Below are positions 59,425 to 64,000 of a stretch of DNA of 64,000 bases, one piece after another. The notes beneath the pieces were generated by a model. That model did not search any database and was not told the DNA's origin. It saw nothing but the letters and a program-made list of their open reading frames with translations. Positions within the stretch are counted from its first letter, which is position 1. Every line of letters begins with the position of its first letter. A program made the position numbers and the translations under genes. Source of the stretch: a candidate division FCPU426 bacterium (GTDB lineage: Bacteria; Oederibacteriota; Muellerivitia; Muellerivitales; Muellerivitaceae); assembly GCA_963847625.1 (NCBI GenBank), contig CAWKAR010000039.1, positions 32,001-96,000 on the forward strand. The letters are read 5' to 3'.

Positions 59425-60268
59425 ATGGATCGCGCGGACAAGGAATGTCTTGCCCCTAACATGGTTTGTTGCGTTGGCCTTATGCTTTCTAACGGGTTTA
59501 TCGGCCCGCGCGCAAGATCTCCAGAAACCCTGGGTTTTCCTGCCGGGCCCGCCCCAGTTTAACCCACTTCTCGCCGACCCGAGGGAACCCCAAACCTCCA
59601 TCATCGCCCATACCAATCAAAGCCGTTTTGAGGGTGCCGTGGGGGCCCAACTGGAGATCCTCCGTTATAACGATCCCGGCGGAACTCATTGGGCCGCAGG
59701 ACTCTTCGGATCGGGTTTTATTTTACTGGATGAGAATGGCGCCACCTTTCCCGCCCGGGCCAACGACTGGGTCGCGGGTTTGGACCTCAGCGAGAGCACC
59801 GGAATCCTTTCCCACCGCTTGGAATTCTTGCACCAAAGCTCCCATCTTGGGGATTCCTTAGAGGGTGTTCAAGAACCTATCATCTACAATGGCGAGAACT
59901 TCAATTATGTCTGCTCCCTCCAGCCTTGGGAAAATTTAAGATTTTATGCGGGAATTGGCGCTTGGGAAAATTTATTCCCGCCGGATAACGCTTTTTTTGC
60001 CCCTTTCGGCGTGGAAGTTTTTTCCCCCCCATTGGGTTTTATCGGAACTTATATGAGGGGTTACACGGCCTGCCATTTGGAATGGAAAGGCCAGGCAGGC
60101 GGCCAATGGGATGGAGCGTTCCAATGGGGAATCCAATGGAAGTGGAAAAAAAATGAACCCCGCGCGGTCCGTTTGGCTCTCGTTTATTACGACGGTAATT
60201 ACCAATTCGGGCAATTTTACCTGAGACACGATTCACATTTAGGTATTGGAATTTACTTTGACCCATGA
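59402..60268 (+). CDS. DUF1207-like outer-membrane beta-barrel protein (copy 1)
   Basis: Signal peptide (ARA|Q); FNPLLADPREP, HQSSHLGD, G...GQFY; ends GIYFDP. The exact start is uncertain. Confidence 0.75.
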   Translation: MKTFPGNEWIARTRNVLPLTWFVALALCFLTGLSARAQDLQKPWVFLPGPPQFNPLLADPREPQTSIIAHTNQSRFEGAVGAQLEILRYNDPGGTHWAAGLFGSGFILLDENGATFPARANDWVAGLDLSESTGILSHRLEFLHQSSHLGDSLEGVQEPIIYNGENFNYVCSLQPWENLRFYAGIGAWENLFPPDNAFFAPFGVEVFSPPLGFIGTYMRGYTACHLEWKGQAGGQWDGAFQWGIQWKWKKNEPRAVRLALVYYDGNYQFGQFYLRHDSHLGIGIYFDP

Positions 60269-60275
60269 GAAAACG

Positions 60276-61145
60276 ATGAAAAGATTTTTCTATCCCCTAT
60301 TTGCTTTATGCCTGACGGTCGTCTTCGGGGCGGTTCAAGCCCAGGAGAGCCCTTGGGTGTTCCTGCCGACTGTGCCGGTTTTTGAACCCCTTCTGGGTGA
60401 TCCGAGGGAAGTCCAAAACGGAATCAATTTCAGGACGGGACGGTTCAATTTCGAGGGTTCAGTCGGTTCCACGCTTGAGTTTCTCCAGTGGCGGCCAACC
60501 GGATCGACACGATGGGGATGGGGCATCTTGGGTGAGGGTTTTGTCAGCCTGAATACCGCGAGTCAAAACGATTATCCCAACCGGGCGGTAACCTGCGATG
60601 GAAATTTGATTTATGACGAGTTTCCGGAGATAGCAAATGATTGGTACTTTGGAATGTATTTCAGCGAATCCTCCGGTTATTTCTCAAACAGGTTTGACTA
60701 CACTCACGTCAGCTCTCACCTTGGCGACGAGCTTTTCAACTATGTAAAAAGTTTCATCTACACCCGAGAAAGTTTCCGTTTCACTTCCTCGTACCAGCCC
60801 TCGGAGCGATTCCGCTTATATGCCGGCTTGGGCTACTATCCCCATATGTCACCGGATGGCAAACGGTTGTTCGCTCACGCGGGAACGGAGTGTTATACGG
60901 CTTTTTTCCCCTTCATTTTAGCGACAACCGGAAGGGGATATTTCACCTATGATGTGAAAGCCAAGCAGGAAGCCGGTGGAGTTGTGAACCAGGAATTCCA
61001 ATTGGGTTTTCAATGGAAATGGAACAGAAAAACCCAGGAAGTCCTTCACCTTGGCATTCTTTATTTCAATGGAAATTCAGAGTACGGCCAGTTTTACCTT
61101 CAAAATGACAATCATTGGAGCTTTTTTATTTATTTTGATCCATGA
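60276..61145 (+). CDS. DUF1207-like outer-membrane beta-barrel protein (copy 2)
   Basis: Signal peptide (VQA|Q); FEPLLGDPRE, HVSSHLGDE, GNSEYGQFY; ends FIYFDP. Confidence 0.78.
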   Translation: MKRFFYPLFALCLTVVFGAVQAQESPWVFLPTVPVFEPLLGDPREVQNGINFRTGRFNFEGSVGSTLEFLQWRPTGSTRWGWGILGEGFVSLNTASQNDYPNRAVTCDGNLIYDEFPEIANDWYFGMYFSESSGYFSNRFDYTHVSSHLGDELFNYVKSFIYTRESFRFTSSYQPSERFRLYAGLGYYPHMSPDGKRLFAHAGTECYTAFFPFILATTGRGYFTYDVKAKQEAGGVVNQEFQLGFQWKWNRKTQEVLHLGILYFNGNSEYGQFYLQNDNHWSFFIYFDP

Positions 61146-61338
61146 AATTTTTGAATTTTTGTGGTAATGATATTGGATAATATTTTTCTAAAATGAAAAA
61201 ACTTTCTTGAATACATTTAGACTTCTCGCTTTTCGTTTCCTGCATTAAAACCAAGAATAGGTTCGGGGATTCTTAAGCACCAAATGGATGAGTCATGATC
61301 GCGGATAGTTCTAGACATATTTTGGATTTTAAAAATTC

Positions 61339-61366
61339 TTGACAAACACTCTATAGGTTGTATAGT
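61339..61366 (+). promoter_or_regulatory. Sigma70-type promoter for polC
   Basis: TTGACA-N16-TATAGT, about 57 nt upstream of ATG 61423 (GGAGG at 61414). Confidence 0.7.
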
Positions 61367-61422
61367 GCGAAAAAGTAGCCCCAACCCCTTCCAAATCCCG
61401 ATAAACCGTTGCTGGAGGCAGA

Positions 61423-64000
61423 ATGACGCTCGAAGGTTCCCCGGCCGCGGAATCCGAACCCCCATCTACTCTCTTTTATGATTTTATCCAGCAAATTCCC
61501 CTCCAGTGTTTTGAAAAAGAAAGGTTCCTCCATTCGGAGCTTTTAGGGGTCCAGGTTTATCCCGAGCGCACCCTGGTTGTGATGCGGCTGAAAATGCCTG
61601 CTCCTGTCTCAGTTGAAACCTACGCGAACGTCACCCGTTGCCTGAAGGAAAGCCTGCCAGACGTAGGCCGGATCGTCTTGGATGTCCACTACGCCGCTTC
61701 CGTGATCGGGCCGGCCGACTACCTGGCGGCCCATGAAAAGGATTTGATCTATTGCCTTTCCGAGGAAGCCGACATCTCCGAGAGCTGGTTTTCCTACTAC
61801 CGCGTCGAGTTAAGGGACACGAATCTCTTGTTTCAGGTTCCCAATGAAGCCGCCCGTCAGCAGTTGGAACGAAAAGAATGCGTGCGTGTGTTGAGGGAAA
61901 TTCTCAAAAAGCGTTGTGGCGTGGATTTGAAAGTGGATCTCCAGGTCAACCCGTCCATTATTCCAGAAAAACCCCACTCGGTCGAACCACCGCCTGTTAC
62001 CGCTTTTCCCAAGGGCCCGATTGAGAACATCCTATTTGGCCGGAAGATTTCAGAAACGGCCCAATCCCTGACTGTAACCGACGAGCAAAGAGGTTTTGTG
62101 GGGCAGGGGGAGGTCATCCTTTACGACGTATTCCAGACCAGAAGCGGCCGCCAATTGGCGAAAATGACCCTCACCGATTACACCGATTCCCTGGATGTGC
62201 TTTTCTTTTTTGAGAACGACGGAAAATTCAAGGGTGGGATTAAAGAAGGCGATTGGCTCAGGGTGCGGGGGGACTTGCGTTTCGACAGCCGGGATCCCAA
62301 CGAAATGGTCCTGAACGCTAGGGATATCACGAGAATCAATCCACCTGCGACCCGGATGGACCAAGCGCCTGAAAAACGAGTGGAGCTCCATTGCCACACC
62401 CAAATGAGCCGGATGGACGGACTATCCAAGATCGACCGGTTGATTGAGACCGCCGCCCGCTGGGGGCATCCCGCTATCGCCCTCACTGATCATGGCGTGG
62501 TTCAGGCCTATCCCGAGGCACGGGCTGTGGCGAAAAAAAACGGCATCAAGCTGATTTTGGGAATGGAAGGTTACCTTGTTGACGAGTTCAAGAGGGATAA
62601 GAACCTGCCCATCTACCACATCATTCTTCTTGTGAAAAACCGGATTGGCCTCAAAAACCTCTACCAACTCGTGACAGAAAGCCATTTAAAGTACTTTTAC
62701 AAAAGGCCCTTGATTCCCCGGGCCCTCCTCGCGAAACATCGGGAAGGACTGTTCCTGGGCTCGGCTTGCGAACAAGGGGAGGTATGGCAACATTTGCTGC
62801 GCAAGGACAAACCCCTGGAGGAAGTAGCCAGCTTTTACGACTATATCGAGATACAGCCATGCGCCAATAACGAGTTCATGATCCAAGAAGGCATGGTGAA
62901 GAGCATGGATGAACTCCAGAATTTAACCCGCACCCTTTATGAGACCGGCAAAAAACTAGGCAAGCTGGTTCTGGCTACTGGGGATTCCCATTTTCTCAAT
63001 CCCCAAGATGATGTGTACCGAAAAATCCTTCACGCCGGAATGGGTTATGGGGTGGAAAGGCAGGCACCCCTTTTCTTTAAAACCACCCAGGAACTCAAGG
63101 GGGATTTCGATTATTTTGGTGAGGAGGTGGCCCATGAGTTGGTGGTAACCAACCCTCGCAAGGTGGCGGAAATGATAGAGGAAGTGGAACCCCTCCCGAC
63201 AAAGACTCTTTCCCCCCACTTGGAGGGAGCGGATGAGCTTTTAAGGAAAACAGCCACCCACGAAGTCCATCGGCTTTATGGTGACCCTCTTCCGGATTTC
63301 ATTGATAAGCGTCTTCAAAAGGAACTCAACGCCATCATCAACAACAAGTTCTCCACTCTTTACGTCATCGCCATGAAGCTTGTGAAAAAATCAATCGCGG
63401 ACGGCTATGTGGTCGGAAGCCGTGGCTCGGTAGGGAGTTCCCTTGTGGCTTTTCTCAGCGGAATCACGGAGGTGAACCCCTTACCGCCGCATTGGCGTTG
63501 TGAGGAAGGGCACTACCACGAATTTCCGGAAAAACCTGCCTCCACGGCTGGCGTGGATCTGCCGGAAAAAAACTGCCCAACTTGCGCTAAACCTTTGCTG
63601 AGGGACGGCTTTTCCATTGCCTTCGAAGTGTTCATGGGTTTCGAGGGAGATAAAATGCCGGACATCGACCTGAATTTCTCCGGCGAATATCAACATGTGG
63701 CCCATAAATATGTGGAAGAGCTTTTCGGTAAAGAGTACTGTTTCCGAGCGGGAACCATTTCGGCCGTGAAGGACCGGATCGCCTTTGGCTTCGTGAAAAA
63801 ATACGTGGAACAATCGGGCCGCAAGACCCGTAACGCCGAGTTGAACCGCCTAGTCAAGGGATGCTCGGGAGTTTCCAAAACAACAGGCCAGCATCCGGGT
63901 GGCATCGTCATCTTGCCCAAGAACATGGAAATCACCGACGTCTGCCCCGTCCAGTATCCCGCGGACAACAAAGACGGGGACGTCATCACCACCCATTTCG
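61423..64000 (+). CDS. polC: DNA polymerase III PolC-type alpha subunit, 3'-partial (not in the ORF track because it runs off the window)
   Basis: Frame 1 is open from ATG 61423. OB fold before PHP (TDYTDS), RVELHCHTQMSRMDG, TDHG, GSRGSVGSS, GITEVNPLPPHWRC...CPTC Zn finger, GFEGDKMPDIDLNFSGEYQ, TTGQHPGG. Confidence 0.96.
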   Translation, partial: MTLEGSPAAESEPPSTLFYDFIQQIPLQCFEKERFLHSELLGVQVYPERTLVVMRLKMPAPVSVETYANVTRCLKESLPDVGRIVLDVHYAASVIGPADYLAAHEKDLIYCLSEEADISESWFSYYRVELRDTNLLFQVPNEAARQQLERKECVRVLREILKKRCGVDLKVDLQVNPSIIPEKPHSVEPPPVTAFPKGPIENILFGRKISETAQSLTVTDEQRGFVGQGEVILYDVFQTRSGRQLAKMTLTDYTDSLDVLFFFENDGKFKGGIKEGDWLRVRGDLRFDSRDPNEMVLNARDITRINPPATRMDQAPEKRVELHCHTQMSRMDGLSKIDRLIETAARWGHPAIALTDHGVVQAYPEARAVAKKNGIKLILGMEGYLVDEFKRDKNLPIYHIILLVKNRIGLKNLYQLVTESHLKYFYKRPLIPRALLAKHREGLFLGSACEQGEVWQHLLRKDKPLEEVASFYDYIEIQPCANNEFMIQEGMVKSMDELQNLTRTLYETGKKLGKLVLATGDSHFLNPQDDVYRKILHAGMGYGVERQAPLFFKTTQELKGDFDYFGEEVAHELVVTNPRKVAEMIEEVEPLPTKTLSPHLEGADELLRKTATHEVHRLYGDPLPDFIDKRLQKELNAIINNKFSTLYVIAMKLVKKSIADGYVVGSRGSVGSSLVAFLSGITEVNPLPPHWRCEEGHYHEFPEKPASTAGVDLPEKNCPTCAKPLLRDGFSIAFEVFMGFEGDKMPDIDLNFSGEYQHVAHKYVEELFGKEYCFRAGTISAVKDRIAFGFVKKYVEQSGRKTRNAELNRLVKGCSGVSKTTGQHPGGIVILPKNMEITDVCPVQYPADNKDGDVITTHF

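Noticed and set aside
61857..63992. Several short minus-strand ORFs at the window end
   Set aside because: All are antisense to the plus-strand polC frame that the ORF track omitted.

Overview
A 64-kb chromosomal window from a diderm bacterium. It has an autotransporter, several beta-barrel outer-membrane proteins (OMPs) and a GT9 heptosyltransferase-like gene, yet also a PolC-type replicative polymerase and Firmicutes-like gene order (lepA-lepB-hemW-hrcA-grpE-dnaK; dxr-rseP...ispG-proS...polC). A deep-branching lineage such as Goldbacteria/FCPU426 is a guess only. The left part (1-23.8 kb) is accessory: paralogous membrane proteins, gene remnants, an IS1380 element that appears to have carried a captured gene fragment, a type IV pilin, HEAT-repeat, ferredoxin, PilZ, HDAC and SAM-hydrolase genes, suhB, a 1788-aa Gly-rich autotransporter, REP/MITE elements, a LacI regulator and an acyltransferase. 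The strongest candidate for an undescribed system is at 28.3-38.8 kb. Three tandem OmpM-like proteins (SLH-like domain + Pro-rich linker + coiled coil + very large beta-barrel) are bracketed by three paralogous CBM11-like lipoproteins, near a LacI regulator, a CBM-like protein and an RlmD::glycoside-hydrolase-like fusion. I interpret this as a possible SusC/SusD-independent glycan capture/uptake apparatus. Other highlights are a PolC lacking its inserted proofreading exonuclease (missed by the ORF track), an apparent ATT start codon and T9SS-like C-terminal tails. I saw no rRNA, tRNA or CRISPR array. All family calls come from motif recognition by eye, not database searches.
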